Shown here: positions 1 through 8,950 of the stretch, piece after piece
How positions within the stretch are numbered: position 1 is the first letter of the stretch
How the letters are laid out: each line of letters opens with the position of its first letter
IMG/VR virus record: IMGVR_UViG_3300011269_000001
Source of the DNA: a virus
Length of the DNA: 64,000 nt
Reading direction: 5' to 3' (one strand)
Position numbers and translations under genes: made by a program
The notes under the pieces: model-generated
The model's input: only the letters and a program-made list of their open reading frames with translations
The model's database searches: none
Told to the model about the DNA's origin: nothing

Positions 1-15
1 GCCGAAAAAGAATCA

Positions 16-2742
16 TTGAACTGGACTGCCGGAAAGCAATCATGGGCTGGGGAAACAAAAGTACATTCTGCCGGAGCCCGTCATGGAGAATACCACGTAT
101 TGCCACACCAATCGGGAGGTTTTGACGTCCAGTATTACAAAAAAGGGCACGACTCTCTAAGGTCATCTGCTAAAGCCTCCACTCTTGAGAATGCCAAAGA
201 ACTTGCTTCTCAGCATCATAATTCTGGGGAATGGAAACTTTACAAGAAGGAAGGTGAACCTCGAAAGCCTGGTAGCCGTGGCAGTCAAGCCCCGTCATTT
301 AAGAAATGGGTAGAAAGTGGCAAGGCCGAGACTGAGCAAGCCACCATCCGCGGCAAACCCGTGCAGCCGAATCCTCAAATCAAGCAACCTCATTTCGACG
401 AGAAAGCCGGAATTCTGCATACCCCAAAGGGCAGCTTCCCGATGTATATCCCCTCTCGGGATAAAGAGAACAAGGGCGCTGGTGAAGCTTTCCACAATAT
501 CCTCAATGACCCCAAACTCAGCAAGTTTCACGATTATGCTACTGAGAACTGGGCCCAGGTTCATAAGCTTCTGAAAGAAGGGAAACTCCCCGAGGAAGTC
601 ATTATGCACGGAGTTCTCTTCTCCCAGCTCAGCCCTAATACTCCGGTGCCGGTGCAGGAATTGATGTACGGTCATCTTGTGGATTCGATGAAGCACACGG
701 GCCTGGACCCTCGACATTCCGAATTTTCGAACATCCGTCAGGATTGGCTAGGTCGAGACAATCCGTCAGTGTTCCCAGAGCATGGCCGCAGCCATTTCGA
801 ACGGCTCCAAGAAGAACTCCGGAATAAGAGAGACTCGAAGCTCACTAACCGCAAGGCCGGGGATATCAGCAGCTTCATGTTGGCGAACAATAAGTTCAAG
901 AACATGGAGAAGTACCATACTCTCCACCAAGGTCTTGTGGAATTGGTAAATCGCCATCGCCATGATGCCCGCTCCGCCGTCCAGGAGCTGATGGACCACA
1001 AACACCGCGCCATGCTCTGGAATTCGAAGCGAAATCGGGACATCGATAAAGGTCTTCCAGACCCTGGCGAATACCAAGGCCCAGTGGTTCCTGGTCTTGC
1101 TCCCAAGACGGCCAGGTATACGTACGGGATGATGGGTGGTGGAAACGTCATAGTCCCGGATACGCACATGAGCCGGTATCTGTTCGGGTTGGAGAAGGGC
1201 AAAGACAATCCGACGATTTCTTACGTCAAGGACCTGCTCTGGAATCCGAACAACAGTGAAGTCCTGAACGCCATCGACCGCTATTACGCCAAGCACCATG
1301 ACGCCGTCAAGCACATGCGCGAGCATCCGCGTTGGGGCTCGGAATTTGAATCAGACGAAGACGCTATCTTCCCAGCGTTTTGGAAGAATTGGGTTGCCAT
1401 CGCTCCTCACGAAAAATTCCGCGGCCTGTCGACTCTGGCTCATAATGAGGCCACCGACCATCGACCTTTCTGGGAAGCAATTGCTCCGCATCTGACCAAG
1501 AACGAAGGCGAATCCCTGGATACGTCTTTGCCCGAGAAGACTGCCATAACCATGCATTCTTGGGTCAAGGAATATGGCGAAGTTCCGGCAATGATGCTCT
1601 ACTATCGATACCTGGCACCGCAGCTGTTAGAGGCTGCCAAGCGCCGGTTAAATAAGAAACCGAATCCGGTGATGAAGTTCGAGGCCATGACCATTGAACT
1701 CCGGAAGGCTTTCGGCGACCCGAATATTTTTGACCGACAGGGTCTTAAGTCGCCGGCTAAGGCGGTATTGGGTACTCCGGAACGGGCGAAAGCTTACGCT
1801 CAGGAATTTGCTCAAAAGAATGAGCAGAACCGGCTGCGAAATATTGTTGATTCTCAGCGTCATAGTGTCGGTGAGTACAATCAGCGCCCGGAACAACATA
1901 AGCTTGTCCACGGCCTTGATTTCAACAAGGAAGGCAGACGACCGGAAGCCCCTACGGCTCAAAGCGAAATGTCTCATTGGCGGAAAGCTCCAACTGGGTC
2001 TTGGGCGTTTGTAAAAGGGAGTTCTATCATACACCGGAGCGCCTATACGCCTGCGGGGGGTGGCAAGGCCCTGACTGAGCCTCACGAAGCTTTCAACGAA
2101 GCACGGCGCGAGGGATTGTTTCATAACCTAGCCCACAACGTTTTCAAGCTCGGCAATTACCTGCCCACGGTCTCGGTGGTACACCATCCAGATTCCGGCG
2201 ACGAACTTGCAGTCATCGAGAAAATCAAAGGCGGCGAGCATTACCATGATTCTCCTCAACACCGGGCAATGCTTCAGCAATTGGGTGATAGCGGTGAACT
2301 CGACAAGTTGATGGCTCAAGACCTTATCCTGGGAGTGCCAGACCGACATGACCACAACTGGATGGTAACGCCCAAAGGAATGAAGGTCCTTGACCATGGA
2401 TATGCTTTTGAGGACCCGGGCAACATTCCCGACTATATCGAGCGGTATTCATTTCTGGGCAGAGACTTCAAAAGCATGAAGCCTCACGAGCTTACCGAAC
2501 TTGCCCGGAATTGGACCGGCGCTCCGGTGCACGATAGCGCCCGTCAATTCATCAGAGACATTGACGAGGATGCTCTCCGTCATGAGATGGTCAGGCATCA
2601 GGCCCCGCAGCATATCATCGAACAGACGATGGAAAGACTCCGGAAGGCAAAGGAAATAAACGATGACGAGAAATTCAAGCACGGACTTCCGAGGATGAAA
2701 CTCTGGAATTCACACGCTTACCGTGGTCCCGAGGATTACTAA
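16..2742 (+). CDS. Multidomain putative virion protein (5'-partial): HhH-GPD DNA glycosylase-like domain plus C-terminal HipA/PI3-4-kinase-like domain
   Basis: Frame is open back to position 1, so the gene probably starts before the window. HhH-like VPGLAPKTARY...VIVPDTHMSR at about 1084-1180. Kinase motifs DLILGVPDRHDHN (DRH at 2341) and VLDHG. Linker motifs LTK|NE (1492) and LRK|AF (1699). Confidence 0.7.
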   Translation: MNWTAGKQSWAGETKVHSAGARHGEYHVLPHQSGGFDVQYYKKGHDSLRSSAKASTLENAKELASQHHNSGEWKLYKKEGEPRKPGSRGSQAPSFKKWVESGKAETEQATIRGKPVQPNPQIKQPHFDEKAGILHTPKGSFPMYIPSRDKENKGAGEAFHNILNDPKLSKFHDYATENWAQVHKLLKEGKLPEEVIMHGVLFSQLSPNTPVPVQELMYGHLVDSMKHTGLDPRHSEFSNIRQDWLGRDNPSVFPEHGRSHFERLQEELRNKRDSKLTNRKAGDISSFMLANNKFKNMEKYHTLHQGLVELVNRHRHDARSAVQELMDHKHRAMLWNSKRNRDIDKGLPDPGEYQGPVVPGLAPKTARYTYGMMGGGNVIVPDTHMSRYLFGLEKGKDNPTISYVKDLLWNPNNSEVLNAIDRYYAKHHDAVKHMREHPRWGSEFESDEDAIFPAFWKNWVAIAPHEKFRGLSTLAHNEATDHRPFWEAIAPHLTKNEGESLDTSLPEKTAITMHSWVKEYGEVPAMMLYYRYLAPQLLEAAKRRLNKKPNPVMKFEAMTIELRKAFGDPNIFDRQGLKSPAKAVLGTPERAKAYAQEFAQKNEQNRLRNIVDSQRHSVGEYNQRPEQHKLVHGLDFNKEGRRPEAPTAQSEMSHWRKAPTGSWAFVKGSSIIHRSAYTPAGGGKALTEPHEAFNEARREGLFHNLAHNVFKLGNYLPTVSVVHHPDSGDELAVIEKIKGGEHYHDSPQHRAMLQQLGDSGELDKLMAQDLILGVPDRHDHNWMVTPKGMKVLDHGYAFEDPGNIPDYIERYSFLGRDFKSMKPHELTELARNWTGAPVHDSARQFIRDIDEDALRHEMVRHQAPQHIIEQTMERLRKAKEINDDEKFKHGLPRMKLWNSHAYRGPEDY

Positions 2743-3878
2743 TGGACATTCAACATGAGAACATCTGGCTGGTCTTTGCCGTGCATCCCAAAGATGGAAG
2801 TGACACGATAGAGCGAAGCCTTGTCGGGAAATTCAGCCTACATGATGGCAGACTGGACGTCCTGGAAGACCATGTAGGTTTTCTCAGGGACTTGGAGCGG
2901 CAACCTCCGGCCGTGGCGACGCGGAAAATCTGGTCTATGGAGCATTCACCATACCTGCAGCTCATCAGTCTCGAAGAGCTGAAGCAGGGCGAACATCCTG
3001 ACCTACAGCCGTACTTGACAATGGTTCATGGTAAACTCGAAGATGTCGAACAGCCAAAGGGAGAGAATGTTTTCGAGTACCATCGACAGGGCATGGAAGC
3101 GCCTCAGACCGTCACCGTCAATGAAGATGGCACCGTCCTCCTTGATGGCCACGAGCTTATCCCCGAGGAAGTCCAGAGACTTCTCCAGAACGCAGCGCAG
3201 GGCGTTGCCACAATCCGTTATCCCCAGGACCACGAAGACCAGGCCATGCAGAAGATGGAGGCATTGCTAATGAGTCTTGACGGCGTTGGCGAGTCTGGCC
3301 TCGGCAGGGCCATGCAAGAACTCCGCAAGGCCCAGAAGGATGGCCGCATCGAATCTTACGTCGCTGAGGAAATTGCCCGGCATCTATTCAAGGACACCTT
3401 GGTTCCGGTCATGGGGAATCTGAAAGCGTACCGAGATTTTCTCAGTCGCCCGCGGCGGGGCATCCACGTCCACATCGACGGGAACCAATTTAAGTCCATC
3501 AACGACACCCACGGTCACGAAGTCGGTAATCAGGCCATCAGGGGTATCGGGATGGCAATTCGTTCAGCTCTCGATGAAGCGATCGGACGCGCCAAAGCAA
3601 AGTCCTTTCGTACCGGCGGTGATGAATTCGTGGTCCATGTGCCAACTCACCAGGAAGCGGCTCATTTCTCTAGAGTCCTGAGGTCCAAGCTCGAAGCCCT
3701 GCCGCCTGTCGGCGGTACTCATGGCCTCAGCGTGTCAATGGGATTCGGAATGGTTCCGGAGCATGCCGAAGCAGCACTGCAACAGGCCAAGGAAGCCAGC
3801 CACCAGGCCAATTATCAGCCGGGCAAGGCTCAGCATCACGTCCATAGTTTAGTTCCGGGTTCTGAGGGAGCCTTGTGA
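2742..3878 (+). CDS. GGDEF-domain (diguanylate cyclase-like) protein
   Basis: HIDGNQFKSINDTHGHEVGN and FRTGGDEFVV (GGDEF at 3615-3629), followed by LSVSMG. Start overlaps the stop of the upstream ORF. Confidence 0.85.
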   Translation: MDIQHENIWLVFAVHPKDGSDTIERSLVGKFSLHDGRLDVLEDHVGFLRDLERQPPAVATRKIWSMEHSPYLQLISLEELKQGEHPDLQPYLTMVHGKLEDVEQPKGENVFEYHRQGMEAPQTVTVNEDGTVLLDGHELIPEEVQRLLQNAAQGVATIRYPQDHEDQAMQKMEALLMSLDGVGESGLGRAMQELRKAQKDGRIESYVAEEIARHLFKDTLVPVMGNLKAYRDFLSRPRRGIHVHIDGNQFKSINDTHGHEVGNQAIRGIGMAIRSALDEAIGRAKAKSFRTGGDEFVVHVPTHQEAAHFSRVLRSKLEALPPVGGTHGLSVSMGFGMVPEHAEAALQQAKEASHQANYQPGKAQHHVHSLVPGSEGAL

Positions 3879-3977
3879 GGATAAACAAAACTTGCGGGTG
3901 TTTGGAACTTCCGCACTATGCCAAAGGTATGTGTATTCGAACTGCCATCGGCTAAAGGACCTGGGTTCGCCAACACG

Positions 3978-4319
3978 CTATTTCTTAGCGCAATCCTTAC
4001 AGATTTTCTTCCGGCCGTAGAACTGCAAGTCCACTGACAGGACTTCCAAGCAGGTTTGGCATTGCCGCAGGTTTCGCCTGGCGTTGCACCGCCGGCAGGC
4101 TCTGTTCACGTCCAGGGGCCGGTTGTTCCCGCAGACTTCACAGACCGTATCCGGGTACTGGCGCCGATAATATTCTTGGCTTCGGCACTTCCGGCACCAG
4201 GACGTAACCTCTCTCTTCCTGTCCCGGTGGGGACTCTCGTGGAACTGATTCTTGGGCTTGGGGAGGCCACACTTTGAGCAGACGTAGTTCACGAAACAAA
4301 AGATTGTCGCTTCACACAA
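3978..4319 (-). CDS. Cys-rich zinc-ribbon hypothetical protein
   Basis: Several CxxC pairs (CSKC, CRKC, CEVC, CRRC, CQTC, CKDC). Confidence 0.5.
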   Translation of the reverse strand: MCEATIFCFVNYVCSKCGLPKPKNQFHESPHRDRKREVTSWCRKCRSQEYYRRQYPDTVCEVCGNNRPLDVNRACRRCNARRNLRQCQTCLEVLSVDLQFYGRKKICKDCAKK

Positions 4320-4394
4320 TTTTTGTTCCAGCTGAGAGGCAATCTAATCCTTTGCACAAGACTTTTCAACCAACTTCTCTGAAGGAGAAAGACC

Positions 4395-4850
4395 ATGGGG
4401 CTCACTTCCTCGAAAGCAAACAGCATCGCAGGCGAACTACTTGACGCGCTTCAAAAGCGTTTTGGTAAGGCGACCGCTACTGACGGTGGCTTGGACACGG
4501 ACGGAAACCGTCTCATTAAGTACGGTCCCGGTACGGCCGGCAGCCAGTCGGCGCTCATCAAGGTCAGCGCGTTCCCGAACATTGGAGCAGATGTCCTTGG
4601 TCTGCAGCAACAGTCTTACAGCCCGACGCTGATTCAGATGGTCCTGGAAACCAGCACCATCGCCAACGTTGCGCTTCTGCAATCTGCGACCCTGATTCCG
4701 CTTAGCGATGAAATCGCGAAATTCGGGACCCGAGTTGAATTGTTCATGACCGCAAATCTCACGGGTCCTTCGGCAGCAGGTATCACGGGCAACCCCGTTG
4801 CAGTGTACGACGGCGCTTCGCTCCAGTACCGGCAATTGGCGAGCTTGTAA
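4395..4850 (+). CDS. Putative virion (head) protein
   Basis: Strong RBS (GAAGGAGA), CAATCTA motif at 4340, first gene of the scaffold-MCP cluster, structural-gene codon bias. Confidence 0.55.
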   Translation: MGLTSSKANSIAGELLDALQKRFGKATATDGGLDTDGNRLIKYGPGTAGSQSALIKVSAFPNIGADVLGLQQQSYSPTLIQMVLETSTIANVALLQSATLIPLSDEIAKFGTRVELFMTANLTGPSAAGITGNPVAVYDGASLQYRQLASL

Positions 4851-4882
4851 TCCAAAAGATTTTTTCAAGACGGGAAACGTCA

Positions 4883-6178
4883 ATGAAAATCAAAAACTCA
4901 GAGCTTATGGCAATTCTCGAAGACGTCGAAGCCGACCTAGCGAAGGCCTTCGATTCGTCTAAAGGGAACTTTGCCAAAGCTGAAGAGCGTGAGTTCGTAG
5001 AGGAAGGTCGTAAAGCCAAGGAACACGATGGCTATCACGACAGCCCCGAACATCACGACAAAGAAGTTCTGCCTGAAGTTCACAAGGCCTCTCCGTCTGC
5101 AAGTGAATCCAGTACTTCTGCCAGTAGGTCTGCCCGAAAGGCTGAAGATTCTGCTCACGGCGGCCCGGAATGGTCGAAGGTTAGAGAAGGCTCTCATTCT
5201 TCTACGGCTCAAAAGGCTGAGAGGTCTGCGAGCGAATCTTCTACGACCAGTGGTTCACTGAGCAAGGATTCACCGGATTTTGGCGACAAGTCGCCTTCTG
5301 ATGGGTCTCCGAGCGCTGCCAGCGAAGGTAGTGCCAGCGGCGGTGATAAGTCCCCTGAAGACCTTCACAGCGAATTGAGTGCTGAGGCTCAACCCGACCA
5401 GGCTCCGCCCGAGAACGGTGACCAACCCCAGGACCCAGGTGCGATGCAGTCATATAGCCCTGAGGAACTGATGTCTGAGTACCTGAAACTTCCTCCCGAG
5501 GAACTGGATATCCATCTTCAAGCTGCTATGGCGGCCAAAGAACAGCAAGCCGGTGCGCAGCAGCAACCGGCTCCTGATGCTATGGCTCAACCCCCGGCTA
5601 GCCCTTCCCCGGCAGCACCGGCACCGGCTCCTTCTCCCAGCCCCTTGGCTCAGAATGAGAACCGACTGGACGCAGTGTCCCCGAGTAAGGCCAATGGCGG
5701 ACAGAACCGCCTTCTGGATGTGAAGCCCACGGACGCCAAATCCGCAGGCCCGAGCAGACTCGCTGATGTGGCTCCGAGCAAGGAACACATGGAAAGCACG
5801 GACCCAGCAACCAAAGGAAACAAGGCCATGGGCAAGTCCGAACAAGAACAAGACAACCTCAAGAAGTCCGAAGCGGAGAAAGACTCCCTTATCAAGACTC
5901 TTCAAGAGGATGTGGAAATTCTTACCAAGGCCGTGAAACACGTCCTTGAGACTCCGGTCCGCAAGGCTGTGACCAGCATTTCTTTCATCCCCCGCGCCGA
6001 CGCGGCCCCCGCGCCTGCAGCTGAGGAAAAGAAAGCTCCACAGAATCTGAGCGATGTCCGGGCTCGGCTGAATCAACTGACCCAAGACCCCAAGTTGGCC
6101 AAGTCCGACCGTGAACTCATCACGGCTTGGTACGAGCGGCGAGCAAGTCTGGAACAGTTGGCAAAATTTTTCGAGTAA
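4883..6178 (+). CDS. Putative capsid scaffolding protein
   Basis: Directly upstream of MCP. Acidic and low-complexity with a C-terminal coiled coil. Many x-x-K|[AS] motifs (LAK|AF, FAK|AE, ARK|AE, AQK|AE, MGK|SE, LKK|SE, VRK|AV, LAK|SD). Three imperfect repeats (NRLDAVSPSK, NRLLDVKPTD, SRLADVAPSK). Confidence 0.6.
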   Translation: MKIKNSELMAILEDVEADLAKAFDSSKGNFAKAEEREFVEEGRKAKEHDGYHDSPEHHDKEVLPEVHKASPSASESSTSASRSARKAEDSAHGGPEWSKVREGSHSSTAQKAERSASESSTTSGSLSKDSPDFGDKSPSDGSPSAASEGSASGGDKSPEDLHSELSAEAQPDQAPPENGDQPQDPGAMQSYSPEELMSEYLKLPPEELDIHLQAAMAAKEQQAGAQQQPAPDAMAQPPASPSPAAPAPAPSPSPLAQNENRLDAVSPSKANGGQNRLLDVKPTDAKSAGPSRLADVAPSKEHMESTDPATKGNKAMGKSEQEQDNLKKSEAEKDSLIKTLQEDVEILTKAVKHVLETPVRKAVTSISFIPRADAAPAPAAEEKKAPQNLSDVRARLNQLTQDPKLAKSDRELITAWYERRASLEQLAKFFE

Positions 6179-6215
6179 CACTGAAGGAAACTTTTCTTAA
6201 AACAGGAGAAACGTC

Positions 6216-7607
6216 ATGGCAAGTGAAGTCACCCAAGCATTGCTGAAGGCCCTAGAGGCGGGCAACTACAATGCAGCTCCCTCGACTTTGGTCCAGGGTT
6301 CCGCATTGCAGATTGAAGACCTCTCGCCGGTGATGAACAACGTCACCTACGATGACAGCCACATTAAGCTGCAGAAGATGCTGAAAGTCGACCCGGTCAA
6401 GAGTACCTTGGCCCAATTCGACCGTCAGCTCAGCTACGGCATCTTCGGGGCTACCGCCCAGAACGAAGGCGCAGTCGGTCAAGAGGAAATGAGCGAATAC
6501 GTTCGTATCGTGGTCCCGATGGCCTATTATAGCCATGTTCGTCGTGTGACGGTGGTCGCAAACCTCGTGGCAACGGTCGACGGCGTCAAAGCCGAAGAGC
6601 GGGCAGCCAGCGACGGTGCGAAGAAAATTGCCGGCGATATCGAGTTCGACAGCTTCCGCGGTAAGGCGGACTTCTCGAACGCGGGTCTTTTCGACGGCTC
6701 CATGCTTGCTATCCCCGGTCTTCCGAACATTCTCGGCCTGGATGCCCAGGTCCGGATGTCGGACGGTCAGCGGAACGCAACGGACTTGATGTTCGGCGAG
6801 TTTGGGTCTGACGACACCGTGGTCATCCAAGGTGGCGGTACCCTGACGCAGGACAACATCGAAGACGCCAGTGTCCGGTCCTCGATGAACTTCGGTATGG
6901 CGGACAAGTTAGTCGTCGACCCGAAGGTTCTCAGCGCCTACAACAAGATTTCGTTCGGCAAAGAGCGAATCATCCTCGCCGGGGCTCCTCAGGACGCCAC
7001 CAGCGCCGACCTTCGGCGTCAGTGGGTGTCCGGTGGAACCGTCAACGTCGAGGCTTCTCGATTCCTCTCTGGCAAGACCCGTCCGGCAACGGCACGGTCT
7101 TCTTCGCCTGGCGCGCCTTCCATCGCGCTGACGGACAACGCTGCTCAAGGCACCAGTGCTCCGGCAGGTACTTACAACTACTACGCTTCAGCTGTCAACG
7201 AGCGTGGTGAGTCTGTCAAGTCGACCTCTGTGACTGTGACCATTGCCGCTGGCGACAGCGTGACGGTTACCATCACTCCTCCGGGTTCCGGCGTGGTTCG
7301 GTACTTCAACGTGTTCCGTTCGAATGCCGGCGGCAACGATGCGACCTCGCGGTTCATCGGCCGTGTGTCCAACAGCGGCGCTGCGACGACAACCTTCCTC
7401 GACCTGTTCAACAAGAATCCTGGTTTCGTCACCGGCTTCTTGATTCAGGGCGATACGATGGCTTTGAAGGAGTTAGCCCCGTATTCTAGGCTGAAGCTTG
7501 CAGTTACGGACCTGAGTATACCTGAAGCGCACTTCAGGTTTGTAACGCTAGCCGTTATGCATCCGAGAAAGAATGTTCTGGTAGACAATCTCAGAGGCGC
7601 ATTCTAA
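6216..7607 (+). CDS. Major capsid protein (Herelleviridae/SPO1-Twort-like type)
   Basis: 463 aa. N-terminal LLK|ALEAG...GSALQIEDL, IAGDIEFDSFRGKA and C-terminal ELAPYSRLKLA...PRKN parallel Twort/K-type capsid proteins. Strong RBS and downstream terminator. Confidence 0.9.
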   Translation: MASEVTQALLKALEAGNYNAAPSTLVQGSALQIEDLSPVMNNVTYDDSHIKLQKMLKVDPVKSTLAQFDRQLSYGIFGATAQNEGAVGQEEMSEYVRIVVPMAYYSHVRRVTVVANLVATVDGVKAEERAASDGAKKIAGDIEFDSFRGKADFSNAGLFDGSMLAIPGLPNILGLDAQVRMSDGQRNATDLMFGEFGSDDTVVIQGGGTLTQDNIEDASVRSSMNFGMADKLVVDPKVLSAYNKISFGKERIILAGAPQDATSADLRRQWVSGGTVNVEASRFLSGKTRPATARSSSPGAPSIALTDNAAQGTSAPAGTYNYYASAVNERGESVKSTSVTVTIAAGDSVTVTITPPGSGVVRYFNVFRSNAGGNDATSRFIGRVSNSGAATTTFLDLFNKNPGFVTGFLIQGDTMALKELAPYSRLKLAVTDLSIPEAHFRFVTLAVMHPRKNVLVDNLRGAF

Positions 7608-7633
7608 CAAACCGTAAAAACTTAGATTCTTCC

Positions 7634-7674
7634 AAGCCGGGCGAGCCCTAAAAAGCTCGCCCGGCTTCGTTTTT
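7634..7674 (+). terminator. Rho-independent terminator after MCP
   Basis: 13-bp stem AAGCCGGGCGAGC / GCTCGCCCGGCTT followed by CGTTTTT. Confidence 0.85.
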
Positions 7675-7701
7675 GAGGTTTGTGATATACTCTTCGTCAC
7701 C

Positions 7702-8268
7702 ATGGCAGATGAAGAAAGAAAAAAGAAAAACGCAGAGAGACAAAGGCGATGGAGGGAACGACATCCTCCAACGGAAGAAGATTTGAAGCGTGCTGCTGAG
7801 AGGGCTGCAAAGCGGCGACTAGAGAATCCAGAGAGGGTTGCTGAAAGCAATAGAAGGTATTACCAGAAGCATCGAGAGGATATTTTGGAGTATCAAAAGC
7901 AATACAATGCTGAGCACCCTGAGAAGAATATAGAATGGATTAAAAATCATCCCGACAACGTAAAGAACAACCGTCTAAAAAGTCACTATGGCATCGACCT
8001 CGATTGGTACAATGAGACTTTATCGAAGCAAGGTAATGGTTGTGCCATCTGCGGAACAAAAGAACCTGGAGGCGCAGCCACCAATGGTTACTTTCACGTA
8101 GACCACGACCATGAAACCGGCAAGCCCAGAGGTCTTCTTTGTCATGCCTGCAATACTTCTCTCGGTGGCTTCAAAGAATCTACAGACCTCCTCCAAAAAG
8201 CCATCGACTATCTCAAATCTTTCCTCATTTGCTCGGGTAGTTCAGCGGTCAGAACACCGCACCTGTAA
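7702..8268 (+). CDS. Endonuclease VII-family (His-Me finger) free-standing homing endonuclease
   Basis: CAICG...FHVDHDHETGKPRGLLCHACNTSLG with a basic helical N-terminus. Extended -10 TGATATACT just upstream. AT-richer than its flanks. Confidence 0.85.
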   Translation: MADEERKKKNAERQRRWRERHPPTEEDLKRAAERAAKRRLENPERVAESNRRYYQKHREDILEYQKQYNAEHPEKNIEWIKNHPDNVKNNRLKSHYGIDLDWYNETLSKQGNGCAICGTKEPGGAATNGYFHVDHDHETGKPRGLLCHACNTSLGGFKESTDLLQKAIDYLKSFLICSGSSAVRTPHL

Positions 8269-8303
8269 TGCGGCTGTCGAGGGTTCGAATCCTTCTCCGA
8301 GCT
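8231..8303 (+). tRNA. tRNA-Thr(TGT)
   Basis: Acceptor GCTCGGG/TCCGAGC, D arm GTTC/GAAC, anticodon stem CCGCA/TGCGG with loop CCTGTAA, T arm GAGGG-TTCGAAT-CCTTC. No encoded CCA. Confidence 0.85.
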
Positions 8304-8306
8304 TAT

Positions 8307-8379
8307 TCCACTGTAGCTCAATCGGGAGAGCGCCTAACTGTTAATTAGGAAGATGTTGGTTCAAATCCAACCTGTGGAG
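8307..8379 (+). tRNA. tRNA-Asn(GTT)
   Basis: Acceptor TCCACTG/CTGTGGA (one T-T mismatch), anticodon stem CCTAA/TTAGG with loop CTGTTAA, T arm GTTGG-TTCAAAT-CCAAC. Confidence 0.9.
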
Positions 8380-8401
8380 CTTTCGTGGTATACTGAAGGT
8401 C

Positions 8402-8884
8402 ATGAAAATTATTTTCCTCGACATGGACGGAGTCCTGAATTGCTATGACACCACGGACCGGATTGTGTTCCCGCCCTGGAATCAGACATTCTTGGGCCTG
8501 GACAATGATAAGGTCCAGCTGCTCTCCAAGCTCGTCCAGGAAACCGGCGCCAAGGTCATCATCAGTTCCAGCTGGCGAGAAAACTTCAAACCTCAAGAAC
8601 TTCAGAAGACCCTCAACGAGCGTGGATTCACCGGTGAGGTTGTCGGTGAAACCCCGAAGTCTTACGAGCAGGTAGGCTTTGGCCTGCCCTCTAAGCGCGG
8701 TGACCGTAGCGATGAAATCCAGGCCTGGTTGGCGGCGAATCCCGGGCTGGAGTCGTTCGTGGTCGTTGATGATATCAAGACCCGGTACTTGGACATGGGC
8801 AGGCAGGTACAGACAAGCATGGTCACAGGTTTTACGCAGGAACACTACGACCAGGCCCTGACGATTCTCAACAAAGCTCTTTGA
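8402..8884 (+). CDS. HAD-superfamily phosphatase (Swiss-army-knife RNA-repair type)
   Basis: IIFLDMDGVLN motif I, VIISSSWR motif II, RSDEIQAWL, FVVVDD motif IV. Confidence 0.8.
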   Translation: MKIIFLDMDGVLNCYDTTDRIVFPPWNQTFLGLDNDKVQLLSKLVQETGAKVIISSSWRENFKPQELQKTLNERGFTGEVVGETPKSYEQVGFGLPSKRGDRSDEIQAWLAANPGLESFVVVDDIKTRYLDMGRQVQTSMVTGFTQEHYDQALTILNKAL

Positions 8885-8950
8885 TTAGGGAGGTCAATCG
8901 TGTGGATTTTCGTTGACAGGAAAAACAGAAGCTGGCTCGTACCTTGAAGC

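Noticed and set aside
6513-6539. Self-target of array unit C in MCP (VPMAYYSHV codons)
   Set aside because: Only 4 of 9 dinucleotides match under a skip-one model, which is compatible with chance. I could not search exhaustively for other targets.
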